From positions 4,165-68,164 of the forward strand of contig JAPLSQ010000031.1 in the NCBI GenBank assembly GCA_026398535.1: a stretch of 64,000 nucleotides of DNA. Reading direction: 5' to 3'. Of this stretch, positions 38,476-48,326 are shown piece by piece. The number at the start of each line of letters is the position of its first letter. Position 1 is the stretch's first letter. Under the pieces are notes generated by a model. The model was not told the origin of the DNA, ran no database searches, and saw only the letters and a program-made list of their open reading frames with translations. The DNA comes from Candidatus Sumerlaeota bacterium (GTDB lineage Bacteria; Sumerlaeota; Sumerlaeia; Sumerlaeales; Sumerlaeaceae). The position numbers and the translations under genes are program-made.

Positions 38476-39111
38476 TTGAGATTGACGGAATTTGAAGGCA
38501 GCCTGGAAGCATTCCTCTTTGAAATCTTACGATCCCCCGAAGGGGATCATCATGTGTCATTGTTTGATTGGAGAGACGAATTGGACTCGCGAGAGATGAA
38601 GGCATGGCTTTTCAAGCGCAGTGTCGCCGAGGCAAAGGGATTTGGCATGCGAATCGCCGAGGAACACTGCAATCCTAACACACCTTGGGGCGCGTACATT
38701 CGCATCACTGAGGAATCGCTGAACGCTTTCTATGGGGCCTATTGGCAGAACATCGTTGTGCCCTATCCGAACCAGTTGGACGACGGCAGCGCGCAACGGC
38801 TTGATCCCAAAATTCTGATCGTCGCTCCAGGCGTGCGTCTTTCGTTGCAATACCATCATTTGCGCCATGAGCACTGGCGCGTTCTTGATGGTCCGGTGAT
38901 GGTTGTCATTGGCGACGATCAACAATCGTTGAACGAAATCGTTGCCCAGCCGGGCGATGTCATCCGTCTGCCTTGCGGCAAGTGGCACCGGCTCGTGGGC
39001 ATGGATCACTGGGGCCGGGTGGCGGAAATCTGGGAACACACCGATCCAGAGCATCCGTCAGAGGAGCGCGACATCGTCCGTGTCGAGGACGACTTCGGAC
39101 GCGAGCGGTAA
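38476..39111 (+). CDS. Cupin protein, mannose-6-phosphate isomerase type II C-terminal-like
   Basis: PWG, KIL.V.PG.RLSLQYH..R.EHW, WHRL, E.DIVR.EDDFGR; start uncertain (TTG 38476 or later). Confidence 0.8.
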   Translation: MRLTEFEGSLEAFLFEILRSPEGDHHVSLFDWRDELDSREMKAWLFKRSVAEAKGFGMRIAEEHCNPNTPWGAYIRITEESLNAFYGAYWQNIVVPYPNQLDDGSAQRLDPKILIVAPGVRLSLQYHHLRHEHWRVLDGPVMVVIGDDQQSLNEIVAQPGDVIRLPCGKWHRLVGMDHWGRVAEIWEHTDPEHPSEERDIVRVEDDFGRER

Positions 39112-39206
39112 GCCCGATCTGTGGCAACAGAAAGTCAGCAAACCTTTTGTTAAGGGTGCATTTCTGGCCATTGCGGGTATTACATCGGCAGATAGTTCAA
39201 AGGAGG

Positions 39207-39215
39207 TTATCCACA
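39207..39215 (+). promoter_or_regulatory. Perfect DnaA box TTATCCACA
   Basis: Consensus 9-mer in the intergenic region 85 bp upstream of comM. Confidence 0.35.
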
Positions 39216-39299
39216 GTGGAAGCCCGCATTCCCATGTAACAATGGGCGGGTGTTCGGAATTCTCTTGGCAACATAGTCTTTCCCGCCAATAAAGAACGC

Positions 39300-40838
39300 A
39301 TGCTTGCCAAAGTCTTCAGCCATGAGGTTTATGGTGTTGACGCGTTTACTGTCGAGGTGGAAGTCGATGTCACCAAGGGCAAGGACGTGTTCAATATAGT
39401 CGGCTTGCCGGACGCGTCGGTCAAGGAAAGCAAAGAGCGCGTCAAGGCGGCGCTGATCAATTCGAACTTCTATTGTCCTCGTGAGCAAATCACAATTAAC
39501 CTGGCTCCCGCCGATATGCGCAAGAAAGGGCCATCGCTTGATCTGCCGATGGCGCTTGGTCTGCTTGGCGCGCTGGGCAAAATCAACCCCGAGCGGCTTC
39601 GTCAGTTCAGTATTGTGGGCGAGTTGTCGCTGGATGGGGCGATCCGGCCTGTGGCGGGAGCGCTTCCGATTGCCTTGGGCGCGCGCGACAAAGGATTTAG
39701 CGGGATCATCGTCCCCGCGGAAAATGCCGCTGAAGCGGCTGTCGTCGAAGGAATTGATGTCTTCCCGGTTTCCACGCTCATGGATGCTGTTTCGTTTTTG
39801 AATAGCCAGATGGAAATCGCCCCGCACCGCGCGAATCTGAGAGAAATCTTCGTCTGCAATTCCAAGTGCTTCCTCGATTTCGCGGATGTGAAGGGCCAGG
39901 AGAATGCCAAGCGGGCGCTGGAGATTGCCGCCGCGGGCGGACACAATGTTCTTCTTGTCGGGCCGCCTGGCAGCGGGAAAACCATGCTCGCCAAGCGGCT
40001 GCCATCCATTCTCCCGGAGCTTTCATTGGAGGAGAGCGTCGAGACAACCAAGCTTCATTCGATTGCGGGTCTGCTGAACGGCAAGCAGTCGCTGATCGCC
40101 ACACGGCCATTTCGATCTCCGCATCACACGATCTCGAATATCGCCCTCATAGGCGGCGGCACAATTCCCAAGCCCGGAGAGGTTTCACTTGCTCATAACG
40201 GCGTCCTGTTCCTCGACGAAATGCCGGAGTTCGATCGGCAGGTTCTGGAAGTGCTGCGCCAGCCGCTTGAAGACGGGTATGTGAATATTTCCCGCACGGC
40301 GATGAGTCTTACATTTCCGGCCCGTTTCATTCTGTGTGGCTCATGCAATCCGTGTTACTGTGGATATTTAACTGACACAACAAGGGAGTGCCGCTGCACT
40401 CCGCAGCAGATTCAGAAATACCGGAATCGTCTCAGCGGTCCTTTGCTTGACCGCATCGATTTGCATATTGAAGTGCCGGCCGTGCCCATCCGCGAACTGG
40501 CGCGGCATAGCCACGCTGCCGAACCAAGCAGCGCAATCCGCGAACGGGTGAACGCCGCGCGCCAGCGTCAGCGCGAGCGATACGCGGATATCTCCGGTGT
40601 TCATAGCAATGCGCATCTCTCAAGCCGGGAAATGAAGAAGTTCTGCCGGTTGACGGAAGCCGCCCAAACGACACTCGAAAGCGCCATGTACATGCTCGGA
40701 TTGTCGGCGCGCGCCTATGATCGGATCATCAAAGTCGCCCGGACCATTGCCGATATGACAGGACAAGACCAGATCGACACCGACCAAGTGGCCGAAGCGA
40801 TTGGCTACCGGTCCATGGACAGAAATGTGTGGAAATAA
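39300..40838 (+). CDS. comM: YifB/ComM Mg-chelatase-like AAA+ ATPase
   Basis: VGLPD.SVKES.ERV, INLAPAD, GELSLDG, GPPGSGKT, RPFRSPHH, LFLDE, SGPLLDRID, KVARTIAD. Confidence 0.95.
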   Translation: MLAKVFSHEVYGVDAFTVEVEVDVTKGKDVFNIVGLPDASVKESKERVKAALINSNFYCPREQITINLAPADMRKKGPSLDLPMALGLLGALGKINPERLRQFSIVGELSLDGAIRPVAGALPIALGARDKGFSGIIVPAENAAEAAVVEGIDVFPVSTLMDAVSFLNSQMEIAPHRANLREIFVCNSKCFLDFADVKGQENAKRALEIAAAGGHNVLLVGPPGSGKTMLAKRLPSILPELSLEESVETTKLHSIAGLLNGKQSLIATRPFRSPHHTISNIALIGGGTIPKPGEVSLAHNGVLFLDEMPEFDRQVLEVLRQPLEDGYVNISRTAMSLTFPARFILCGSCNPCYCGYLTDTTRECRCTPQQIQKYRNRLSGPLLDRIDLHIEVPAVPIRELARHSHAAEPSSAIRERVNAARQRQRERYADISGVHSNAHLSSREMKKFCRLTEAAQTTLESAMYMLGLSARAYDRIIKVARTIADMTGQDQIDTDQVAEAIGYRSMDRNVWK

Positions 40839-40857
40839 GATCGACCGCGCCAGGAAA

Positions 40858-42951
40858 TCAGCGGTTCTCGATCATTATCACAGCAGAACGGGCGGGAATC
40901 AGGAACCGGCCGTCGCACGGAGCGGCAACATGATTTTCCGGTGTTGCCCGTTGAAAGCGTTTGGCGCTGTTTGTTCGCGCACGACCCTCAAGAATCTTGG
41001 CGCTGTTATTCGCGATCAAAATGGCAAGCTTCCCGTTTTTCAGATTTCTGAGTACGCTGTAAAGCGGGTGGGGGGTGTCATCCACTGTCACTGATGCCCC
41101 GATTGTGCTTTGGAATTTCCCGTCCCAAAGATAATCGCTGAATTTCCGTCTTAGCGCATCCACCTTCGTGCCATATTCCACCGACAGGGGCATTTCATCA
41201 AGATGACCCTGAAAATTTCTCGGTTCATAACAGATGGCGTAGCGATAGAGAAGGCATAAATTAATTGTTTCGCGGTCATCATAACCATAGACCCAATTGA
41301 CCATGGGCAGAGCGGGGGAGAGGTAGCGGGTCACGGGGATGTGGCTGTCGAGGGTCCTGTGATAAGCGATGTTGTAATGGCGGTATTGCAGGTCATAAGG
41401 CCCTTCACCGGCAAGCACGGGCACAGCGGAGTATTGTTTGAGAAGACTGACGAGTTTTTTTTCAAAGACGGCATCGCCCGCAAAGTTGTAAGCGGGCATG
41501 CGATGTCCGTGTGATGTGTCAAAACAATAGAACGCGTTTCGGCCATGCCACATGGATTCGTCGAGCAGGATGCCATCAGGTTCCAGGAGCAGGCTTTTTT
41601 CGATTTGATCGAGCGCGATGTCCTGCCATTGGGGGCAGTTCATGCACATCCACGCATAAGGGCGTGTGTTGATCCCCGAAAGATGGGCGGGCGTATGGTA
41701 TTGCCAGCCTTCGTGTCCGTGGATATTCCCGAAGATGTCCTTGCTGGCATACTTGTGAAGCTCCATTTTATACCATTCGGTCCCGACATCCACACATGTG
41801 TATTTTTCATAAAGGATGACTTTCACGCCCATCCGTTGGATCTTTTCGATGGAGCGCTTGAGTTCTTTCCATGTTCCCAAACGGGGATCCGTCTCATGAA
41901 TCGGGAGCCTCCCGTCCTGCCCGTATAATGTCCATCCGACGATATGCAATACCCCGACGTTGTGGATTTTGCATTCGTGTCCGAAATCAACGAGTTGTTT
42001 ATAAGGCACACTGAGCGAGTCGCCCCATGAGTTCATCTGGATCATCTGCCACGAGTGCACATCTGCAGCCCAGGCCGGCGCCAGCGGCTGTTTCATCCAA
42101 GTCTTGCGCCATCGATTATAAATATCCGCGCCAGCCTGCCAGGTTCCCTTATACGGTTTAAGAATGATTGGGCTTGTTTCGCGGCATTCGCCCGGCTGAA
42201 TAAACGGATGATGCGCCGCCTTGAACTCGATGTGCGCGTCTTGGCTGCCCAGGCTGTCGTTGGGCGGAACATGGGGCGGCGTCGTGTACCCGGGTTTCAA
42301 CTCGAGGACAAACTCGGCGCGTGCCTGTGCGCTGGTATCATGGCATCCCGCATAAAGACCCTGCTCCTTGCTCTGTATGAGCATGAATGGGCTTTCGGGC
42401 GTTGCAACAATCTGAATTGGATATTCGGTTCCCCAATAACCGCGTTCATTTTCAAATTTTGGATAGATCTGTTTCGTGTAAAGATTGCAGTATCCCATGT
42501 GCGCTCGCGACAGAACTTCTCCTGGCGTCGGATTGCGCAGATCGCCAATCATGGGATAAAAAACCGACTCAACCGGATAGCGGGAGCAGTTGTTGATTTT
42601 AATTTCAAATTTAAGTCCGCCATTGGTCAGTGTCACCGTGGCCGTGATTTTGATGTCCAGCGCGCCCGTGTGCTGGCTGACAACATGATCCCAGTAGAAA
42701 GAGATTCGTTGGGGATTGTCCTCCTGGCTGATGAGTGGGGCATTTTGCCTCACGCCAGCGATCCTGTGCATAAGGCGTTCTGGAAGAGGCGCAATCATCA
42801 AAAATGACTGGGCCAGATGCGCGCGCCCTTGAATCTGCCAAGTTGTTTTATGATCTGTGAACTGCACGAGCGCGCCGTTTGTGGCATCGAAGACGGCACA
42901 CATTGCCTTGTTTTCGAGTCGGATAAGATTGCATGAATTGTTTTTTATCAT
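40858..42951 (-). CDS. DUF6259-like putative glycoside hydrolase (TIM-barrel)
   Basis: GWT..GQD...P....DPRLG....L...I..I...GVKV.LY, WMCMNCP.WQ, DGILLDE, GEG; ATGA overlap with the upstream stop; family assignment recalled, not searched. Confidence 0.6.
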   Translation of the reverse strand: MIKNNSCNLIRLENKAMCAVFDATNGALVQFTDHKTTWQIQGRAHLAQSFLMIAPLPERLMHRIAGVRQNAPLISQEDNPQRISFYWDHVVSQHTGALDIKITATVTLTNGGLKFEIKINNCSRYPVESVFYPMIGDLRNPTPGEVLSRAHMGYCNLYTKQIYPKFENERGYWGTEYPIQIVATPESPFMLIQSKEQGLYAGCHDTSAQARAEFVLELKPGYTTPPHVPPNDSLGSQDAHIEFKAAHHPFIQPGECRETSPIILKPYKGTWQAGADIYNRWRKTWMKQPLAPAWAADVHSWQMIQMNSWGDSLSVPYKQLVDFGHECKIHNVGVLHIVGWTLYGQDGRLPIHETDPRLGTWKELKRSIEKIQRMGVKVILYEKYTCVDVGTEWYKMELHKYASKDIFGNIHGHEGWQYHTPAHLSGINTRPYAWMCMNCPQWQDIALDQIEKSLLLEPDGILLDESMWHGRNAFYCFDTSHGHRMPAYNFAGDAVFEKKLVSLLKQYSAVPVLAGEGPYDLQYRHYNIAYHRTLDSHIPVTRYLSPALPMVNWVYGYDDRETINLCLLYRYAICYEPRNFQGHLDEMPLSVEYGTKVDALRRKFSDYLWDGKFQSTIGASVTVDDTPHPLYSVLRNLKNGKLAILIANNSAKILEGRARTNSAKRFQRATPENHVAAPCDGRFLIPARSAVIMIENR

Positions 42952-45077
42952 GATGATGCTTTCTTGAGATGTATTAAGCAGGATTTGTGGGATGACAGGG
43001 AGATGACGGCTTGTTGATCTGATGCCGCTATTCGGCCCGGAATGAGCATATTGTGGGCGCTCAATTTGTATCCCGGATCCCCCCATGCCAGATTTCCCTT
43101 GGCACAGTTTTGTGAATTGCCGGTGATGCCGGTTTCGAGATTGCCAAGGAGGATGGTCATTTCGCCGCAAGCATCGCCCCAGGCAAGAAAGCAGACCGGC
43201 TTGAGCCAGTCGAGGTTATCCCAATTGATGCGGGCGGCGCCCCAAGAGAGATGATGCAGCGCCTTGACAATCGCAACGTATGTTTGGGGGCTCTGTATCG
43301 ATTGCGTTGTCAGGTTCAATTCACGGAGGGTTCCCCATTCCGGAGTTTCCCAGATCCAACAGGGATGGAGTTTATGCTTGGCGAAAACCGGACCATCAAG
43401 GCATGTGATAAGGCTCTCCCAATGCGGGGAAGAGCGCAGGATTCGCCGGCGCTGATTAATGACAAGACCGCGCGCGCCGGCAGCTACCGACAATTTTGGC
43501 GATAGGAACGCGCATGAGGGCAAAGTCTCAGTCACAATGCTCTCTTCCAAATCGACATTGAGTTCGCGCCGCAACAATTCCGGCATTTGCGCGGCCAATC
43601 CGGTGAAAATGAAAGGCAACCCTTCTTTGATTCGCGTGCTGATCCATTGGATCACATCAGCAGACAGATTGGCAGGCGCGGGAAAGATGTAAGCATCGGC
43701 TTGTGTCATTGGCGCCCATTCACTGCGTGTAATGGAAAGGACAGGCAGACCATATTTCATGATCATTGCGCACCAGTCATCCATTTCCTCACCCTGGCTG
43801 TATGGGGTCGGGTGATCGAGTAAGTGCTCAAGCCCGGCGCGGTGATAAATCAGGCAAGGGCCTGATGGCGTGGGATTGCGCGACAGGTCCGCCGAACAAG
43901 CGTCGAGCATGCCGACCAGCCATGTCACAGTTTGTTCCGGCAAAAGCTCCTTTCGGCGGTTCATCCATGAAATATAACATCCGGCAGAGCGGCAGGGATC
44001 GCCTTCCGGCTTCAATACCGCGGCATGGCTGTAAGCCCATATTTCCCATGCCACCTTGCTTGGATATTGATGAATGCTGTCCCATGGCTCCCACGCGTCA
44101 AATGTCTCGACAAGGAACATGTGACGGGTGCGGGTTTCCGCCAGCATGGCGAGATTGACCAACACATTCGCGAGCTGGAATGTGAAGCCGCTGGACTGTT
44201 GCGGCCAATAATCCTGCCATGCCGAGCCCCATGTTTGCGTGATCCAGAGATCAAAATGGCCTTCACGCGCCAGTTGCTCAAGATCGAAGCCGTGCGACCG
44301 CCATTCTTCAACGGGCGATATTCCGGAGTTGTAACCGATTACAATAAAGCGGGGATTGTTGGACTTGATGCGGGCAAACAGGCTGGAAAAGGCGCTGGTC
44401 CAATCACGGCGGGCTGCCGGCTCCATGTAACGGGCGCGGCTGTTGCCCCGCACATAAGCAGGGCTGAAGATGGCGTCGCGCAACACGATGGCATCCAACC
44501 CAATCGCGGCAGCCAGATCACATAATTTATCGGCAAAATAGACAGCGAGGGTTGGATGCGGCTCGCGGCAGGCTGCCTCGTCGGAGCTCGTGATAACCGT
44601 GGCGCCAAAGTAGAAAAGATCAAAACGTGGATCAAACACTTCACGATGATCACGGAACCATTGGCTTGTGATGTAATATCGCGCTGTTTCCTTGATTTCC
44701 TCAGTGCGCCCGCTGAATCCCTCGCATGGATCCATGGTCATGGATTCAACGCCAATCATCATGAGTGCGACGTTGAAATTCTGGATACCATGGCGATCAG
44801 CTTCATGCTTTAATGCCGTAATCAGTTCAGCCAAACGGCGGTAGGACCAAGTCTCATAGACAGGCGGCATACACGTGGGGATGACATCGTCGAGGTTGCC
44901 ATTCCAGCACAGAACAATGTCAAGCAACCAGCCTGCACATAGTGAAAGTCCATGGCGCGCGGTGGGATTTCTTTTCCACAATGGCTCAATGCGGTTGAAA
45001 AGTTCAGCCGCCTTCTCTTGGGGCTGTCCACCCTGAAACCAGCAGAGATCAATCTCCAACCAGCATTCTTTGTTCAT
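42948..45077 (-). CDS. Hypothetical protein, possible GH-like TIM-barrel plus class I glutamine amidotransferase-like domain
   Basis: 709-aa ORF in the operon; GLDAIVLRD and Trp-rich QTWGSAWQDYW / ETFDAWEPWD segments. Confidence 0.6.
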   Translation of the reverse strand: MNKECWLEIDLCWFQGGQPQEKAAELFNRIEPLWKRNPTARHGLSLCAGWLLDIVLCWNGNLDDVIPTCMPPVYETWSYRRLAELITALKHEADRHGIQNFNVALMMIGVESMTMDPCEGFSGRTEEIKETARYYITSQWFRDHREVFDPRFDLFYFGATVITSSDEAACREPHPTLAVYFADKLCDLAAAIGLDAIVLRDAIFSPAYVRGNSRARYMEPAARRDWTSAFSSLFARIKSNNPRFIVIGYNSGISPVEEWRSHGFDLEQLAREGHFDLWITQTWGSAWQDYWPQQSSGFTFQLANVLVNLAMLAETRTRHMFLVETFDAWEPWDSIHQYPSKVAWEIWAYSHAAVLKPEGDPCRSAGCYISWMNRRKELLPEQTVTWLVGMLDACSADLSRNPTPSGPCLIYHRAGLEHLLDHPTPYSQGEEMDDWCAMIMKYGLPVLSITRSEWAPMTQADAYIFPAPANLSADVIQWISTRIKEGLPFIFTGLAAQMPELLRRELNVDLEESIVTETLPSCAFLSPKLSVAAGARGLVINQRRRILRSSPHWESLITCLDGPVFAKHKLHPCWIWETPEWGTLRELNLTTQSIQSPQTYVAIVKALHHLSWGAARINWDNLDWLKPVCFLAWGDACGEMTILLGNLETGITGNSQNCAKGNLAWGDPGYKLSAHNMLIPGRIAASDQQAVISLSSHKSCLIHLKKASS

Positions 45078-45115
45078 GGTTTGGATATCCTGTTAATCCG
45101 TATCAATATCGGGTG

Positions 45116-48100
45116 TCACGCGTTCCACGCCTCGGTGACCAATCCGTCAGGCTCGTTCACGCGAACTGATTTCGATTCGCCGGGTTCGAGCCAGAAGTAA
45201 TTGTCGTCGGGCAGGAAGGTGTCGAGGTGGCCATAGCGCAGTATGGCGGCCGCAACCGCGGGTAATGTGCCCGTGTTGGTCACCCGTGCCTGCATTTCGT
45301 GAACCTCAAGACGGAGCGTTGTTCTGGGCAGTATAAACAGACTGCCCTTCTCCGCCTCATAATTGACGAAGTAGAAGGTGCGGCTGGTCAAGGTGCTTTC
45401 TTTGATCACTTCGATGACGATAAACAACGGTGTGGCGCCGGTCTGTTGCGGTGTCAGCGAAAATTCGCCGAGTTGGCGCACCCGGTTAATCGCGCCCTTG
45501 CCGGAATACTCTTCAGCCTTGATGTGCCGGAGTTGGCCATCATAGGCGCGCACGTTAACACTCCAATGCGTCCCCTTAAGGCTGTCCGCATCGTCAAGCA
45601 GATATACAGGAAGTTTGAGCGCCTTGCCATTGTTATTCACGCTGTCGAACAACACGCAGGCATGCAGCGGGGCAAAGGCGTCCTGGAAAAAATAATGGCT
45701 TATCTTGGGGGCGCCGTACCAGTCGGCGCATGACCATGAGACGGCGGGCCAGTTGTCATTCATTTTGTAATACAGCGCGCCGGTACACTGCGGCCACCGT
45801 GTGCGGGCGCGTTCAATAGTATGACGTACCCCAACGGCTTGGGCCAGTTGCGAGCCAAGCACCACGTCCTTTATCGACGAGTTATTTGTGAAACAGCCCG
45901 AGTATTGCAGCAGGCGCGCCATATCCTCCATCCGGTTGAATACTGGGGTGTGATAGGCAAAGCTGCCGTGGGGCGGGGCAGGCCAGAGATCCTTTTCCTT
46001 GTCCGGAAGATAACGCATCACGGATTCATAAACGGGGCACGATGCCAATCCGAATTCGCCATAGAAAGGCGCCATCATCTTAAGATTATGGTCAAGGTGC
46101 TGTTTCTGCCACCAGCAATTATAGTTGTGTTCGCTGCCTCCCCAGGGCTCGCCACGATGGAACGGGCGTGTGCCGTCCAATTCGATGCTGTAGCGCCCCA
46201 TCATGTCGATGGCCTCCCCAAAGGGCTTGTCGGATTCATTGCCGCCTGTATAGATGACGAGGGAAGGATGATTGCGCAGGCGCAGCATGTTCAGTCGAAC
46301 GGTTTCCTCAAGCATTTCATAAGGCTGAAAATTGTGGCTGTTCCATGCCGTGGGCCATTCCTGCATGACCATGATCCCCTTGCGGTCGCACAAGTCATAA
46401 AAATCGTCGGTTTCCGGCATGCCCGCCCCCCATGCGCGGATTATCTGCACGTGCTGGCTGTCTGCGATGCTGAGGAAACGGTCGTAGCGGTCATGTGAGA
46501 AATCCATGTAAGAATCCATGGTGCACCAGCCGTTGCCTTTGACAAACATTGGTCGCCCGTTGATCACGAATGTCCAATTGTAGCGTCCGGGATTCGGACC
46601 GCCGGGGGAAGGCGCCATTTCAATTGTGCGTATGCCAAATGTGGTCTGCTTGAAATCGGCCGTCCCACTCCCATCGGGTAGAAATGAAAGAGACAGGCGG
46701 TAAAGGTTGGGTTCCCCGATATCATTCGGCCACCATAATTGTGGATTCGGGATGGTGAATCGCAGGCGCAGAGTTTTCGATTCCTCGACGCTCTTGACGT
46801 GAAAATAGAAATGATGCGCCCCGCCCTGAAAATTGTCAGGCTCCACGATTCCCACAAGTCTGCCTGACCAGTTTTTCGATGTTCCGGTCAGGTTGACCTT
46901 AAGATCCATCACGCCGCTCTCGGCGTTCCTGACGGCTATGAAGGGGTGCATGATGCGTATAGTTGGCGATGTTTCCACACGCACGTCACGCCATATGCCC
47001 AACGCCGGGATGTTGGAATAATGCCAGCCGTACACATTGTTGAACACCACGGTGCGCATCCAACCGACATTCAAACCTGTAAAGAAATGGTTTGGCCAGC
47101 CATGGCTGATTTCATGGGGTGCCGGATCGATGCGCACAATGAGCGTGTTTTCTTCCTTGAGAACACGGCTGACGTCATATTCAGGTCCGCCAAACATTCC
47201 TTCATGGCCGCCTAATTCATATCCGTTGAGCCAGACAGTGCACCGGATGGCAACGCCATCGAAGACAAGTTTCCAGCTCCCTGCGCTATTGGGGAGACGC
47301 CTGAATGTTTTTTTGAACCACCAGGTTTTAAAGCTTTTCATGCGGGCCGCCACATCCTGCGCGCCAATCGTGTGGTCAGGAAGCAGGCCCGCGCGTCTCA
47401 GCGCCCCGTGGACGCTTCCGGGCACGATTGCTGGAATGGCATCACGCCAGTCGCTGATGAGACGCGGGCATGGGTCTCCATCCTCGGCCATTTCCCATTC
47501 ACCAGCCAGCGACAGTGATGCGGGTGCGCAGGCTTTTTCTCCAGTTCCGCCAAGCAGCTTCACATTGACAGGGCGCGAAGCCATGGGGGGCGGCCCAGCC
47601 TTGTAACTCGCGATGTCAATCTCGTCCAGCGAGCCTGCCGGTTTCAGCAGGAGCAGCATGGGATTATGGGAAGCCGATAAGTCAGCACAGTCTTCATCTT
47701 CATCAGGCTGGTCAAACACCCATAATCCCAGAGTCTGCTTGTCGGTTTTCCATTGCAGGGAAGAAGATTGTGTGATGGTGCGGAGTCCGCCGGATATTTT
47801 CACGTGGCTGATCCATCCGTCACAATCATAGGCTGGCATCATGGCGTGTTCCATGGCGACTGCAAGCGGGCCGGGCACGCGCGGCATATCATTTGATGCG
47901 GGTTTCACCTCCTGGCTGCAAACCATGCGCCCGTCCACGAGGAGCTTCACTGTTCCGCCATCGTAGCGCATGGCCAGATCGTGCCACTGGTCATCAGTGA
48001 TATCGACAGGGGACTTTATTTCAAACGGATCATGCCATGATAAATGAGCGCTGAAGCAGCCGCTGCCCAAGTCGGAGTAGATTTCCCAGTGCGCAGAAGA

Positions 48101-48298
48101 TTCCCGGGGTTCGCAGGAGACAAGGATGTTGCGATACCCCTTGCTTCCAAGCTTTGCCCTGCATTCGACGGTCAATGGGGTCTGGCTATAGGCGTCGCGG
48201 CCATCCGCCACAGCGGCATATTTGCCGGCATTGAGCGCGCACCGGCTTTTCTCCGCCTTCTGCTGCTTCGCACCCTTTGTTTTCATTGAACGACCCAT
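45116..48298 (-). CDS. GH2 beta-mannosidase-like glycoside hydrolase with N-terminal LamG/ConA-like domain
   Basis: DDQWHDLA..YDG..VKL.VDG (LamG), VPGSV, FDGV...VWLNG, GIWRDV, LWWPN, RNHPSL..YTGGNE, YGEFG; GAAAGGA RBS before ATG 48298. Confidence 0.85.
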   Translation of the reverse strand: MGRSMKTKGAKQQKAEKSRCALNAGKYAAVADGRDAYSQTPLTVECRAKLGSKGYRNILVSCEPRESSAHWEIYSDLGSGCFSAHLSWHDPFEIKSPVDITDDQWHDLAMRYDGGTVKLLVDGRMVCSQEVKPASNDMPRVPGPLAVAMEHAMMPAYDCDGWISHVKISGGLRTITQSSSLQWKTDKQTLGLWVFDQPDEDEDCADLSASHNPMLLLLKPAGSLDEIDIASYKAGPPPMASRPVNVKLLGGTGEKACAPASLSLAGEWEMAEDGDPCPRLISDWRDAIPAIVPGSVHGALRRAGLLPDHTIGAQDVAARMKSFKTWWFKKTFRRLPNSAGSWKLVFDGVAIRCTVWLNGYELGGHEGMFGGPEYDVSRVLKEENTLIVRIDPAPHEISHGWPNHFFTGLNVGWMRTVVFNNVYGWHYSNIPALGIWRDVRVETSPTIRIMHPFIAVRNAESGVMDLKVNLTGTSKNWSGRLVGIVEPDNFQGGAHHFYFHVKSVEESKTLRLRFTIPNPQLWWPNDIGEPNLYRLSLSFLPDGSGTADFKQTTFGIRTIEMAPSPGGPNPGRYNWTFVINGRPMFVKGNGWCTMDSYMDFSHDRYDRFLSIADSQHVQIIRAWGAGMPETDDFYDLCDRKGIMVMQEWPTAWNSHNFQPYEMLEETVRLNMLRLRNHPSLVIYTGGNESDKPFGEAIDMMGRYSIELDGTRPFHRGEPWGGSEHNYNCWWQKQHLDHNLKMMAPFYGEFGLASCPVYESVMRYLPDKEKDLWPAPPHGSFAYHTPVFNRMEDMARLLQYSGCFTNNSSIKDVVLGSQLAQAVGVRHTIERARTRWPQCTGALYYKMNDNWPAVSWSCADWYGAPKISHYFFQDAFAPLHACVLFDSVNNNGKALKLPVYLLDDADSLKGTHWSVNVRAYDGQLRHIKAEEYSGKGAINRVRQLGEFSLTPQQTGATPLFIVIEVIKESTLTSRTFYFVNYEAEKGSLFILPRTTLRLEVHEMQARVTNTGTLPAVAAAILRYGHLDTFLPDDNYFWLEPGESKSVRVNEPDGLVTEAWNA

Positions 48299-48326
48299 GA
48301 TTGATCCTTTCTTTGCCATTGGAATC

